Shown piece by piece: positions 48,621 through 61,599 of a stretch of 64,000 nt of DNA. The DNA is taken from positions 78,740,001-78,804,000 of the forward strand of contig JAGIQG010000006.1 in NCBI GenBank assembly GCA_024679065.1, read 5' to 3'. Position 1 is the stretch's first letter; every line of letters starts with the position of its first letter. The position numbers and the translations under genes were made by a program. The notes below the pieces were generated by a model that saw only the letters and a list, made by a program, of their open reading frames with translations, did no database searches and was not told the origin of the DNA. Origin of the DNA: Sphyrna mokarran (lineage: Eukaryota).

Positions 48621-48964
48621 TATTGTAGGGACTATGTTGTATAGAGGAAACTGCTTCAGTGTAGTGGAGAAGGTTGTAGATTGGAAGATTACAGGGGTCC
48701 TTCTAGGAAAGATAGCATTTTTGGTGTAGCAACTGTAGCCCCAAAATGGAAAACTAGATAAATTACACACAATGCAGTTAATCATTCAGACTTCTGTTTC
48801 TAGTTCTTATTGTCCTGTGCATTGATTGTTTTGAGTTGGGAAATGTAAATGAACAAGCTTTTCAGTCGTCTCTTATTTGATCATGGTCTAATCTTGGAGC
48901 TTTGTTTGCTTAAAGTTGACTTTGAATTGCAACGTATAAACATTATTCACTGCTCTTTCTCCAG

Positions 48965-49021
48965 ACATACGTAAGTGCTCCCAATCCTGATGACCCAGAG
49001 GACTTCCCAGCTCTTGCTTGA
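48965..49021 (+). CDS. HABP4: HABP4 exon 8, last coding exon (TYVSAPNPDDPEDFPALA*)
   Basis: Acceptor ctttctccag|ACA, HABP4 terminus APNPDDPEDFPAL, stop TGA 49019-49021. The eight exons sum to 1248 nt (415 aa + stop). Confidence 0.95.
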   Translation, partial: TYVSAPNPDDPEDFPALA

Positions 49022-49733
49022 AGCAGAATTGAAGTTTAGGAGTTGGCACCAATCTTGAAGAAAATAAGTTTCAGCACATCAAGATGAGGCTTTTTGCTTC
49101 CGTGTGTAACACTGACAAGGAGTGGCAGTTGGCTCGCAACTACTGAAATTGGACTTTCCTGTTCACTACTGGGTGTGAACAGACCTCACTTCATGCGTGT
49201 GGATGAAAGATGGGTGGAATATGGCATTACTACTGAGTTTTCAGCACCTCCCTTTGTGCTTACTTGTGTGATATTGGCAAATGTCTTAAACTGCTGAAGA
49301 GAGAGGTATATTTGATGTTTAAAAAAAGCTATATATTATTGAATTGTTTGCTTGATTTGTAATGGTTTCCTGAAAAAGCACACGGGTAAGAGAATGCAGC
49401 TTTTATTCTGACAAGATGGTTCTATCATTTGGTTGACTGTAAATTTAAGTATTGCAGGCATGTTACAGAAATGGCCTACTTTTGGTGCCTATCCAGCAGA
49501 AGTAGCTGCAATTGCAATCCTGAAGCCATTTTGAATATTATGTGCACATGTCCTTGAACTTGAAGAGTTGCTTATTAGATCACAAATTTAAAAAACACAA
49601 CCAAAAAATCTTTTTCCCCTAGTGTCAGTTTTTGGAAGCCAAGTGTTAAATTTGTGAAGTTTGGACTAACTTATGTAAAGGGGAAAGACTGCATAATTTG
49701 CCTTTTTGGTAAATGATTGTGAAAACTTGATAG

Positions 49734-49839
49734 AATAAATGCAGATTTGTTGAAAGTTTTTATCTCATCTCTTCCCAAATTGCCAAAATCTCAACTGTGT
49801 AACAATCTTCTAAAATCAAGTATCTTCCAATATAATAAA
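49734..49839 (+). terminator. Candidate HABP4 polyadenylation signals (AATAAA at 49734 and 49834; another at 50401)
   Basis: Canonical hexamers in the AU-rich 3' UTR. Which one is used cannot be determined from sequence. Confidence 0.4.
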
Positions 49840-51429
49840 CTATTAAGTATATATCAGTCACACTAGACACTTTTAACAAAAATCTGAATGTTATTACAAT
49901 GGACTAACCAATTAAGTTATGGAATTACATTAGATGCATGTGTTTTTAAAAAAAAAAGTTAGCATCATTTCATATTCACAGCTGTGTATTTCCCAGTACC
50001 TGGCTTGAGTTATGTAATTTCCTGACGTTTAAACAAGCAGAGCACAACACATTTGGGTGAACCCTTGCCTTGCATAATGTGTAGCTGGAAGTTATTAATC
50101 CTATTGCAAAAGCCTACTTAAAACTTGAACAGTAAAATAGTAGCATTCTCCCTTTGTAATATTTTCAGTCTTGATGCTGCTTGTCTTTCCTGGAGTGGCA
50201 GAACTTTTTGCTGCTCAATCTGTCTGTCTCAAACTAGCATGCTGGGTGGAAAAGTCCAACTTTGTCAGGATTGGGGCAGGTTTTATTCGGTTGCAAATTT
50301 CTCTTGTGCAGTTTTTTTTCGAAGCACTGAAGCCCATTATAACAACGGGGCTGCAGTGTGGTGCATGTCACATTTCCTGTGGATAGTTTGTCACAAGAAA
50401 AATAAATAGCCCATTTGTTCCCTTGTGACCTGCTCCACCATTCAAGGTCATGACCTGGTATGGCCTTAAGTTACATTTTCCTGCCTGCCCCTCCTGACTC
50501 CCTTGTCAATCTGGGAGTACCTGTTCCAATATCTGTACTTGTGGATTTTGTATACCAATTTTAACTTGCCTTGTTTTGAGCCTATGTTAAGACAAAATGC
50601 ATGCTTTGATCTTTGTCTTCAATAATTTAAAACTGGCAAACAGTGTGTACATGAAAATCTGCTCATGTCATGGATAGGCTTTCATGATCCTTACAGACCA
50701 GAACCAGCTGGATTTATATCTTAAGGTTGCATTGAATCTAAAATAATGTTACACTTTAGCTTGACCTGAAGTATTAGCAGTTTGAGGCTCAAGCTCTGAA
50801 GGATCTGTATTAAGCAGCTGGTGATGGATTAAGCTTAGTTTAACACCAGACAATTTAAAAGTAGTGATCAACACTTGCCACAATTTTGTGATTTAACGAA
50901 AGTCTTTAATGTGAGGTAATAGCTGTTAGGAAGGTGTTATTTTGGTAAAGATAAGGTGAAACTAAGCACCTGTCTTGCTGGAGCCAATACGCTTTGTATT
51001 GTTGGCCATAGCAAAACAAATCAATTTAAACCTCCTGAAATATCTTAAGTTGAATTGGACAAATGGGTTCTTTAGAAGATATCCTTAAATTTGGAAGCAT
51101 TCTCTGGCAAGTCCAGTAAATAAATTATTCCAAGTCATTTAGAGATTGACTTGTGCTGAGCTTAAGAGTGGGAAGAATTCCACATCTTAACAGATGGGAT
51201 AAATCAATCATGAGTGACAGACTGTGTTGGCAGATACTGAAGAATGCTTGGCTGTGGAGTAAATAAACTTTCCAAAAGACCAAGACAAAGATGAATTTTG
51301 AAATAGATTGCACTGCCTGAAAAGGTGTGGAAGTAGATTCAATGCTAAGTTCTGAAGTGGAATCAGGGATTCTTCTCGCAGGTGGAAACAAAATACAGAC
51401 CAGTCAGCAAAGAGTGGGACAAATTGGAG

Positions 51430-51630
51430 TGGTACTAGGATTAGCACTGCTTCCTCAGCACCAAAAACGTACATTCAATTCAACAATGGGTCATGGTCTG
51501 TGTAGAGTTTGTACATTCTCCCTGTGACTATATGGATTTCAGAGAATGTGAAGGTTGAGTGGATTAGCCATGCTGAATTGTCCCTTAATGTCAGTCAGTG
51601 CAGACTCCTGTGCTGTAGAGATTCAATGAA
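51430..51630 (+). mobile_element. Decayed HE1/V-SINE-type SINE between the HABP4 and CDC14B 3' ends
   Basis: TTAGCACTGCTTCCTCA and TCTGTGTAGAGTTTGTACATTCTCCC motifs. Confidence 0.6.
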
Positions 51631-53282
51631 TTGCAAGCAGCAGTGACTACAGTGGGCTTGTGTTTGTCCATTACTGCAATTCCAACTCAGTGTCATTTAA
51701 GGTATTGTTTACAAACAGGATTCAAATTAAGTCTCATCAGAATCTTTAAATGAATACAAATACTTAATGCCATATGTTTAGTTAAAAGGTTTATATACTG
51801 CATACATACATTTCTGTACAAAATAAGTATATATATCTATATAGATTTGCATTTAAACAGATCGAATGTTTTAAACCAGAGAAACAATACAATGCCATCG
51901 TTTAAAAATATCCTCAACCCAAATAATTTGTGAAATTAGAAAACAGAAGACAAACACTAGTTATACTGGATCAGAGATTCCAGTAAAGACTTTGACAAGC
52001 AGATGCACGTTACAGTCCAACCAGAATTAAAAATTCATTAACTTGAAGATAAAAATCTGACTCCTAACATTTTGTGCAGTACAGTATTGCTTCTTAGTAG
52101 TTTAAGTACATCATACAATAAAGCTTATTTTCTGTTGCTATTACTGTACCAGACAAACTGCACATCTCCAATCCACAACACAACTGTATAGTTAAAATCC
52201 ATTCCAGAAGACTTAACTGCAAAAAAGACTGAAAATACAATTTGTTCATGCATACAAAAATATCCTTATATCCCAATTTGGGTCAACTTTATCATTTCTT
52301 TCCCATAAACAACAGCACTCCTACTGTTCTAAATCAACTCTACCACAAGATGGATAGAATAACTGTTTAAATGGTAGCTGATTACAAGGTCACTTGGCTT
52401 TTGTAGATTTTGGACTTTGTACAACAGATAAAGGATCAATATTACATTGTTAAAATGAAATTAAGTAATTATCAGTTTACTTCACTGAAGATGTAAGCCC
52501 CAGTAACATCATTACAAATTTAAAGTCAAATCATTTTTAAACTATCAAACTATACAGGTAAAGACTTCAGGATCTTTTTAGCTTTGGATGGTGGCCTAGA
52601 TTCAAAAAATAAAACATGTAGAATAAGATATCTCTGTATCTTTACATAATGATAAACTGTTAGAACTGATAAGAACCTCAACGGGGTAAATGTACACCCA
52701 AGTTTAGAATTGTAAGAGACATGATCTGGTATTATGGAATACTTCATAATTAGTGGGGAGGGGGATCAAAATAGCAACTTTCATGGTTGAAAGTTTATTT
52801 TTTAAATGGAATTAAATTCCAAATTTCCTTCAATATCCAGATTCTTCATATATGCCATTCTCTGGAAAACAATGAAAATACATGGCATGTAGCTTTTCAC
52901 TTCATACCATATCGTACAAGTATTTCATTGTATTATGCTACTTTGGCTATAGGATGGTGTTAAAGGCTTGACTTCTGCCTGACAACAATACATTGTATGC
53001 TACAGGATAGAAAACACATTTGCATTCAAACGTGTTAATATTCTTGACAATTCATTTAGTACATCAGTTGCAAATGCTTATAAAAGTCCATTATCACCAT
53101 CACTTGCTATGTTGTGCGCAGAAAATTCTCAAGGTGGAATAACAGCTGAGTTCAGGACAGTCATTTTGCAGAATCCTGGTGACACAAAGGGATGCTGTTC
53201 TGGAATAAATTCTTTCTTGAGGAAACGTAATTCTCCAGTTTCCACCATAAATGTTCCAAGGTGTCACTCCAAAATGCGAATG

Positions 53283-53322
53283 TTAACGGAGCAGTGGTAT
53301 TTTAGTGCTAATACTAGACTGA
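53283..53322 (-). CDS. CDC14B: CDC14B last coding exon (SQSSISTKIPLLR*)
   Basis: Acceptor gttgttaaag|T CAG, ends CTC CGT TAA. Phase 2 fits the previous exon. Resembles human SLSISRTKTVLR*. Followed by a U-rich UTR-like stretch. Confidence 0.7.
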
Positions 53323-54879
53323 CTTTAACAACAGATATAAAAAAAGTTAGTTAATTTATAATGCACTTTATAAACTCTGTACTAATCAAATAATTCAAGA
53401 AATTGATCAAAAACAGTACTAGATTTGTTGGAGATTCATTTTCAAGAACTCAAATGAACATTAATAAATTTAGCAAAGCTGGTAATGGATTAGACCATAT
53501 CTAAAATTTTTGGCACAATGATAGTCAAGTATTAAATACAAAATCTGGGGGCATCATATCCCATGGCACATTATTTAAACAGGTACAAGCATGTTCTTAA
53601 TTTAAAAAGCCAAAGGTTAAGGCAGATTAGTTTTGTTATAAACATTTTAAGCCAAACAGAGCTCTCAAATCAATTTCAAAATGAGGCAGCACTTACTGGG
53701 TTACAACAGTTCTACTTCAGGATAGGGAATAGTGGTGACATAGCATAGACCTGATGAGAGACACCAACAGAGGATAAGAGGGAGTATAAGCACATGATCA
53801 GAGACATCAGTGTTAAAGGATAACAAGGAGAGCACACACACACACACGTACAGCAAGGATCTGATTGGAGACAACAGCAATGGCAGCAAAGAAAAAGTGG
53901 AGACCTGATTGAGGTATTTAATTAGAAACAGGCAATGATAAAAACTGGTAGTGGCCCGAGAATGGAAGGTAGGCTATCGGTGAGTATTTTAAACAAGACT
54001 AAAATAGTGGTTTAAAGCAGGATTGGAAACTAAGTACTATATTAAATTTACTGCTTAACAAGTTAAAACTAAACATTTAAATCAGGAAACCACATACAAG
54101 AAATATATAGGTGATGATATTGGGGGACTTTTCAGTACCCAGTACTGATTAGAATATTAAAGAGCAAAAAGTGCTCTGGAGAACTTCCTTCAACAGAATG
54201 TTTTTGGTCTAACAAAATGTTGGATCTGGTACTATGCCATATGGACCGAGTGTGGGGAACACTTGGGTAAGAGTGATTATTTTATCATGAGGGTTAAATT
54301 GGCAATGGAAAAGACTAAGCAACAATTTAAAGTAGAACTTCAATGGGATGAGGGCAGATCAAGCTAAGGTAGAACAGAACCAATGAATTAAGAGGCAAAA
54401 CTAATGAGGCTATCTTTAAGGAAATGTTTTTCAAGTACAGTCTAGGTACATTTCAGAAGTGTGTAAAATAAGGAAACACGGTCAGGGCTCACTGGATGCT
54501 GAGGAGAATAGTGAATATAATGGAACAAGAACAAGACAGTGTATGATGCATGTCAGGTGAACTCTAAGTGAGAATCAGACTAACATAGTAAATTAAATGA
54601 AGAGAAAAATATGATAGAATATATGAAAATACATTGGTGGTCAACTTAAAATAACCTGTAGATTTTCTGATGGCATGTAAACAGCAAATGGGTAGTAAAA
54701 GGTAGGGTAAGGCTTACTCGGGACTAAGGGGATAATATGATTGAACACGCAAGGTCAGGCTAATACTTTATATCAGTGCTGACAAAACATCAGAAGGTAA
54801 TGGATGGGGTGAAAATTGATAGGAAGGATATAGCACAAGGGCTGGCTACTATTACATTTGGTGTACTATGCTTTAAACT

Positions 54880-57800
54880 TAGGTTAAAATGAAGGGAATA
54901 ATATGACTATTCTGAATTCTGCCTGACAACAAACCTGGATTAGTCATTGGACTGGCTGAGTAGGGCAAAAAATTTTCACACCTAGGAGCAAAGGGCAAGG
55001 ACATCTGTGCTAACAGTGAATAGACTTACCAGCTCCAAGCTTCTGAGGCAAAAGGAAAAGCACAGCAGTTGTGCTCAGCACACCTAAGAGGTACCAGTTC
55101 TCAGCAAGCTACCAAAACCAGATGTGGAAGGTGGTGGGGGGTAATCTCCTGTCAAGGAGATACATTCTGAATCCATCTAAGAAATCTTTCAGTTTCATCC
55201 TGGTTTGGTCAGGGAGGAAGAAGATCATTGGAGCAGGTTTCACTGATGGTAATGGGATATGGGCAATTGTCTAAATAGCAAGGGAGACACAGTCAAAGTT
55301 ACTACCCAGTGAACTGGGAAAATATTAACTGATTGGAAGCTAAGAACAACTGTGAACTGCTTGGTAGAAGGACTAAAATTCTGAAGAGATTGTGAAGTGC
55401 GAAGGAGGAATGTTCCCTGGTGTACTTTAAAGTATAAACTGCCTACAAAAATTGTATAGTTGTGTTTTTAGTAATTTGTTACACTAAAAATCTTAAAATA
55501 TAAAAACTTGTGGGATGTCCCTTTTTCAGCTGTTAACTGGAAATTTGCATGTCTTTATAAATTATATTGGTCTCCACAGAAATCATAACAAATGGGGAGG
55601 AGCTGTTATGGGATTTTGAATCTGCAGCAGAGACCAGTATGCTGGTTTAATCAGCGTTAACAAGTACAAGATTTCATTGACTTCTTAAGATGGCTGTTTT
55701 TTGCTAGAAGCTGTCCTCAAAAAAAGACTTGTTTTTGAGTTTCTTGATCATATTTTAATTTAAAAGCAGTGGTAGAAAAATTAGAAATAGATTTAAAATT
55801 ATGCACTAAATAAGAAGATAGTTGAGGTGTTGGCTTAGCAAGCTTAGCACTTGAGGAAGATAGATCAAGATGAACTTGTTAGGAAATCAAAAGCAATTTT
55901 AAGGGGTGGAAATAAAGTCTGGGTTAGGTGGGTTTAATTTAATGGTTCTGTGCCTGGAAGAGACCTGTAGTTATATTCATGCAAGAAAAAGATATTTGAA
56001 TTTGTGGAGATTGATTAAAATCCATTTGTGATTATATTGGGTTTAGAGGGTTACATGAAAAAAAACACCTCCTCTCTCAATAATACTTTTACTTAGCATT
56101 TTGAAATCCAGTCCAGGGTTTTCAAATGATACTTTTAAACAAAGCAAATCCAGTCCAGGAATTTACACCAACCCTTTAGGATCTCTGTCTTCATGCCTTT
56201 TACTCTGAGATCCAGTCAATGATTCCCAAAGATGTGTCAATTCACATTCCACAGGCTGTAATAAAGTTTCCCAAACCTTAAAGTCACTTCAGATGTCTTT
56301 CTGATGTCTCAGGCTTCCTCCAAGCTTTGTCTATTTTTACTTCAGTCATCTGTTCTCATACCTTTAACCTGAGACCACCTGGAAACACGTCTTCATTTCA
56401 GTACTTTCCTTAACTAGCCGCTCTTTAGATAACCATTACTCGGAGGATAGGAACAGCAGAAGGCCATTTGGTTCTTCGAGCTTGCTCTGCCTTTCATTAC
56501 GATCAAGGCTGAACAAAGAACAAAGAACAACACAGCATGGGAAACAGGCCCTTCGGCCAACGAGCCCGCACCGCCGTCCTAACGTCTTAATGACATATAG
56601 AGACCAATATAGGGACAATGAGCTGATCATCCAACTCAATAGCCTAGTCCTGCTTTTTCCCTATAACGTTTGATCCCATTCTCCCCAAGTGCTATAACCA
56701 GCCGCCATTTGAGTAAGTTCATAGTTTTGGCATCAACTATTTCCTGTGGTAATGAATTCCACAGGCTCACTACTCTTTGAGCCTCACCTCTGTCCTAAAT
56801 AGTCTACCCTGAATTTTCAGACCGTGAGCCCTGGTTCTGGACTCTCCCACCATCGGGAATAGCCTCCCTGCATCTACTCTGTCTAGTCCTGTTAGAATTT
56901 TATAAGTCTATGAGATCCCCCTCATTCACCTCAACTCCAGCAAAAACAATCCTAACCTTGTCAATCTCTCCTCATATATCAATCCCCCCATTAGCCTGGT
57001 AACCCTTTGCTGTATTCCCTCGAGAGCAAGAACATCTTTCCTCAAAAAAGGAGACTAAAACTGCACACAATACTCTAGGTATGACCTCACCAAGTGTTAT
57101 ATAATTGCAACAACACATCTCTGTTCCTGTACTTGAAACCTCTTGTAATGGAGGCCAACATGCCATTTGCCTTCTTTACTGCCTGCCACAACTGTATACT
57201 TCAGTGAGTGGTGCACAAGGGCACCTAGGTCCTGCTGCACATTCCTCTCTCCCAATTTACAGCCATACTCTGTTGTTTATTGAGTGAAAAATGAATAACC
57301 CAACAGGCCACTGCTTAGCAATAAGAGGCCACTTCCCAAAGAGAAAGAAACGGCTTTCTTTATCCTTAGTTTTAACTGGAAGCTAAAGCAATTGGAGATA
57401 TGTAGACAACTAAAAGCAGTTAGTTTAGAAGGCTAGAGGGGGAGCATCTCTCAGCTTTACTATAACAGAAAACATACACTGGAGTAATGCTACTTAAAGA
57501 GCAGCTCGTTAAGGACACTAAAGAAACGAAGAGGTGGTCTGAAGTTAAAAGTACAAGAACAGATGACTGTAAGTAAAGACACAGTTTGGAGGAAACCTCA
57601 GACACCAAAAAAGTCATTTGAAGCGATTTTCAGGTACGACAGATTTTGCTAGAGCCTGTGGAATATGAATTGAAATATCTGTGGGAACACAGGCTGGATC
57701 TTGGAGTGGGTAAAAGCCCTCAAGACAACAAATCCTAAAAGGGGTTGGTGCAAAATCCTGGACTAGATTCACTGGTGGAAGTGTCATCTGTAAAACCTGG

Positions 57801-60800
57801 CCTGGATTTTGGAACGTAAACAATTAAGGCTTACTGGTGAAATGATTTTAATGCGTGTTCTTGGGAGAGGAATTTGGAGACTCTCATATGACAATCATTT
57901 GGGAAGATTCAAAGTAGAAATTCACAGACTTTCACTTGGGTTTAAAACGAAGTGTGTATTTGACCACAGCCATCTGCATGTGTTAATTGAGACCATTGTA
58001 GCTTCAAAAGTACTTTGTTATCCATATTAAATCTTAAAACCAATGTGTATTTAAACAAAGGGGGAGTAAAGGAGTATTGTATTATAATCCATTTTTTTCA
58101 TGATTAATAAATGTTTTCTCGTTGTTAAAAGTAATTAGCGGTTCTGTGACTCTGTTCCTCCACTTTTGATTAAACAAAAATTAAAAGTAACAGTCTTCCC
58201 ATACAGGTACATCAACTGTGATTGTAACAAACTGCAGATTGAGTTATCCAAGATTTGGTGATAAATGATGCAGCTTGAAATGGGAAATGAAAATATGAAT
58301 TCAAAGAGGAGGAAAAGGAAATGAAAGAATCTAAAAACTTGAATTGCAAACAGAGGAAATTTAAACTAGAAAGAGAAAGGTTTTCATTATGCAAGCGCGG
58401 AGTAGCAGACAGGCTCGACAATGGATAAGATTTAACTCCTGGCTTTGATTTGGCAAGGAATATTTGCCTACTACCTAAATTCAGTGAGAAAAGAGTGGGA
58501 AATGTATTTTGTCCCATTTGAGAAACCTTACAAAGTTACAATGGCCACAGAAAATTTGGACAATCCTAATACAGAGTTTAGTAAGGAAAACAATGGAGGA
58601 TTTTTCAAATCTTTGTCATAAACAGACTACAGCTTATGATATGGTTAAGACTGCAATCCCAAAAGCCAACAGGGAAAGATTTAGAAATTTGGATTAGAGA
58701 CAGAATTGGCTGTTTATGGAATTGGCTGAAGAAAGAATGTTTGATCAATGATATAGGATAATGAAAATGGAGCAAGATTTTGAAAGCCTTAAGAGAGGTG
58801 ATGTCATTGGATGACTTTATAACTAGTATTGCTTTAGGAATCAGGTTCCACCTAGAAGAACGCAAGGTTGCTAAAGTTAGAAATTCTGGCTATCCCACAA
58901 ACACAGAGATAGCAGCAAACCCAGATACAAGTGAGTTGATAGTGAATAGATCGCTAATTGCAATAGTGACAGCAGTAAGGAAGATATTGTGCTGCTTGGA
59001 ATAGTGAAGAAGATAGTGAGACACATAGAAGTGACCAACCAACACTACATGAAAGCTAAGTCAGGAGCTTTCATGGGCATGTCTAGTGTTTCTCCAGAAA
59101 ATACTTGCACCAATTAAGTAAAGAACAAAGAACAATACAGCATGGGAAACAGTCCCTTCAGCCCAACGAGCCCACGCCATGAGTGAAACTGAGGCCAATC
59201 AATACCATTGAATGTATTTACAGTCGTGCAAGTCAGAGACAAAGATAATAGGAATTTTTCATTTGAGTAAAGTAACTCCATTTTTATTTGATAAAGGAAG
59301 CAAAAAGATTTTGTTCTTAGATATGGGGTCAGCTCGAAGCTTGAGAACAACATGAATTCCTCTCCAGAGTTTGCCAAATAGAAGTATATTGATAAAGGAC
59401 ACTGATGGAAATTATTTACTGTTGCTTTGTGTAGAGTGAATTTGAGTTGCGCTTCAGGCATTTGGTCTGTTATCTCTGGAATGGTCTCAAAATTGCCCAT
59501 GAATGATATTGATTTTATACTGGGAAATGATCTACTGAGATATAGGAAAGTGCTCCCACCTCCAGGGACGGTAGGCAAGTCTACAGAAATTGACAGACAA
59601 TCAAGGACTATTTGTAATTCTGCTTTAGAAAGTATATTTCCACTAAAGATATAGCAAAGAATCAAAAGTTCAGGCTCCAGAGTAACGAACGTTTGAAACG
59701 TCCGACTAGGGTAATGTCAAATGCAAATGAACTGAACCCACTGCTTTCAAATTGCCTGCAGATCCTAAACTCAGCTGCATGTGTTAAACAGAATACAGTA
59801 GCAGTGCTCCCGGCTAATGGGCAGAGACAGTGCTTTAATCCAAAATGATTTGGCTCTTTACTGTAGAATTATAAGGTCAGTTTAAGGTTTTGGGACCTAA
59901 AACTTCAGAATGAAGAAACTGTAGCTCCTATTCTGAAAAAAATTAAACAAAACTTACACTGAATGGAAAGATGAATAACAGAAAAAAATATAAAAGACCA
60001 CGACAGCGAATTAAAGAATGTGAAGAATTCTTGTCAGAAGGAAGATAAAATAATCTCTGAGGTTCTTAAGAAAGAAGAACCATAATCTTGTGTTTAAACA
60101 AGATAAAGACAACTTTACTAGTTGTCAAGCTGAGACTTTTTAATGGAATTAGACATTAAAAAAAAACTGGATGAGATTGAAGGTCAAACATTAAGACTTG
60201 GGTCGTCACTCACAGACTGATTCTAAAGGAAAACAGAAGGAAACACTGAATCCAGAAGGTAGAGAGGGAATTTCTTCTGAGTCTATGATTTACACCTGCT
60301 GGGATTCCAAAGCCAGAGGGATTCCCAGAACTCAGCAATATTGTTCATGCCAATGTTTCCCAAATTGATTCAGTTATGCCATCTTTTAACTAAGCACATG
60401 GAAACACGAACTTTAATCGTCACGAGAAAGGAGTTTTAAGCAAAGAAACTAATCTTTAGTCATCAAGAAAGAGTTATAAAAAGGATTTCAATTCCCAATT
60501 GTTACATGCACTTGGATTAAATAAACACTATGCTGCCAAGACAGGATTGTTTAATAAGAAATGTGACAGCACTGCAGGATAATGGCACTTTTACTGTATG
60601 CTGTAAGTTAGCTGTTAGAGTGTATAGAATGTTGAGTTATATTTTGACTAGTGCTCATGAAAACTCATCACTTCATTTATTAGTATTACAATTATGGAAG
60701 ATTATAATATTCTGGAGTTAGCTTAAATGAAGAGGGTCATGCAAATTCTACCTGACAAGCAGCCTGGCTTAGTCAAGAGACTGGCAAAGCAAAGTGTGAA

Positions 60801-61130
60801 CTTCTCAGGCTTGGGAGTAGAATGACAAGGGCAGCTGTGCTAACAGTAAATAGTCTTGTCAGCTCCAAACTTTTGGGCAGGAGATGACACATGAAAAAGT
60901 ACAGTAGTAAATGTGTTTGTCAGAGAGAAACTGCAGGTTGTACGTTATGGAAATTAGTGGCGGAGAGCCACTGTCTCTAGTCGAAAGGACAATTCTAAAG
61001 TGATCTAAGGAATCTGGAAGATTTATTTTGGTATGGCCAAAAGGAGGAATAATTATCGAAGTGGGCTTTACTGCCAGTAGTGGATTTGGGAAATTCCTAG
61101 AAAGAGTGTGCCTGGAGGTAGTCACTCGAA
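54880..61130 (+). mobile_element. Decayed Ty3/Gypsy LTR retrotransposon in the last CDC14B intron, with nested insertions
   Basis: Direct LTR-like repeats at about 54880-55590 (ending CATAACA) and 60725-61130 share GTGCTAACAGT.AATAG.CTT..CAGCTCCAA. Gag remnant FDLARNICLLPKF...WTILIQS (58440-58870) and protease-region motif LPMNDIDFILGNDL (near 59500). Confidence 0.7.
56440..57275 (-). mobile_element. CR1 3' fragment nested in the LTR element, itself carrying a second CR1-tail insertion (56511-56620)
   Basis: Reverse of .P.VLCAVLVSFFEERCS coding remnant. The second tail is ACAAAGAACAAAGAACAACACAGCATGGGAAACAGGCCCTTCGGCC. Confidence 0.8.
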
Positions 61131-61599
61131 GTTACTTCACATCAACATGAACCCAATGGTAGCATTTTTCATCAGTAACAAGGAAGGTTGTTGAAACAAA
61201 TATGTGGCATGTTGTCTACATGGACGTTAAAAAAGTGTCAAATAAAAGGCTGGTTACCAAAACTGAGATTCATTGAATAATGTCAGTTTGAACAAGTAAT
61301 TAGTTTTATGAACAGCTCCATTTAGAACTGGAATTCCAGCCAACAACTTGAAAACATGACTTTCATATTTTGCAGCTGAATTAAGCCCATGCTTTTTTCT
61401 ATAAAATAAATGTTTTGCACTTGTCATTAACTAAAAGCATGACTGAATGTATTGATTAACCCAAGGCATTGAATCCAATTCTTGACGATGTCAGCTTTTT
61501 TTTATCCCAAGCATTTTTAGAAAGAAAATACAAAATAAACTGTAAAGATGCCATTATTGTCAAACCTTATGCAATTCATTTAACTACTGTTTTCTAATC

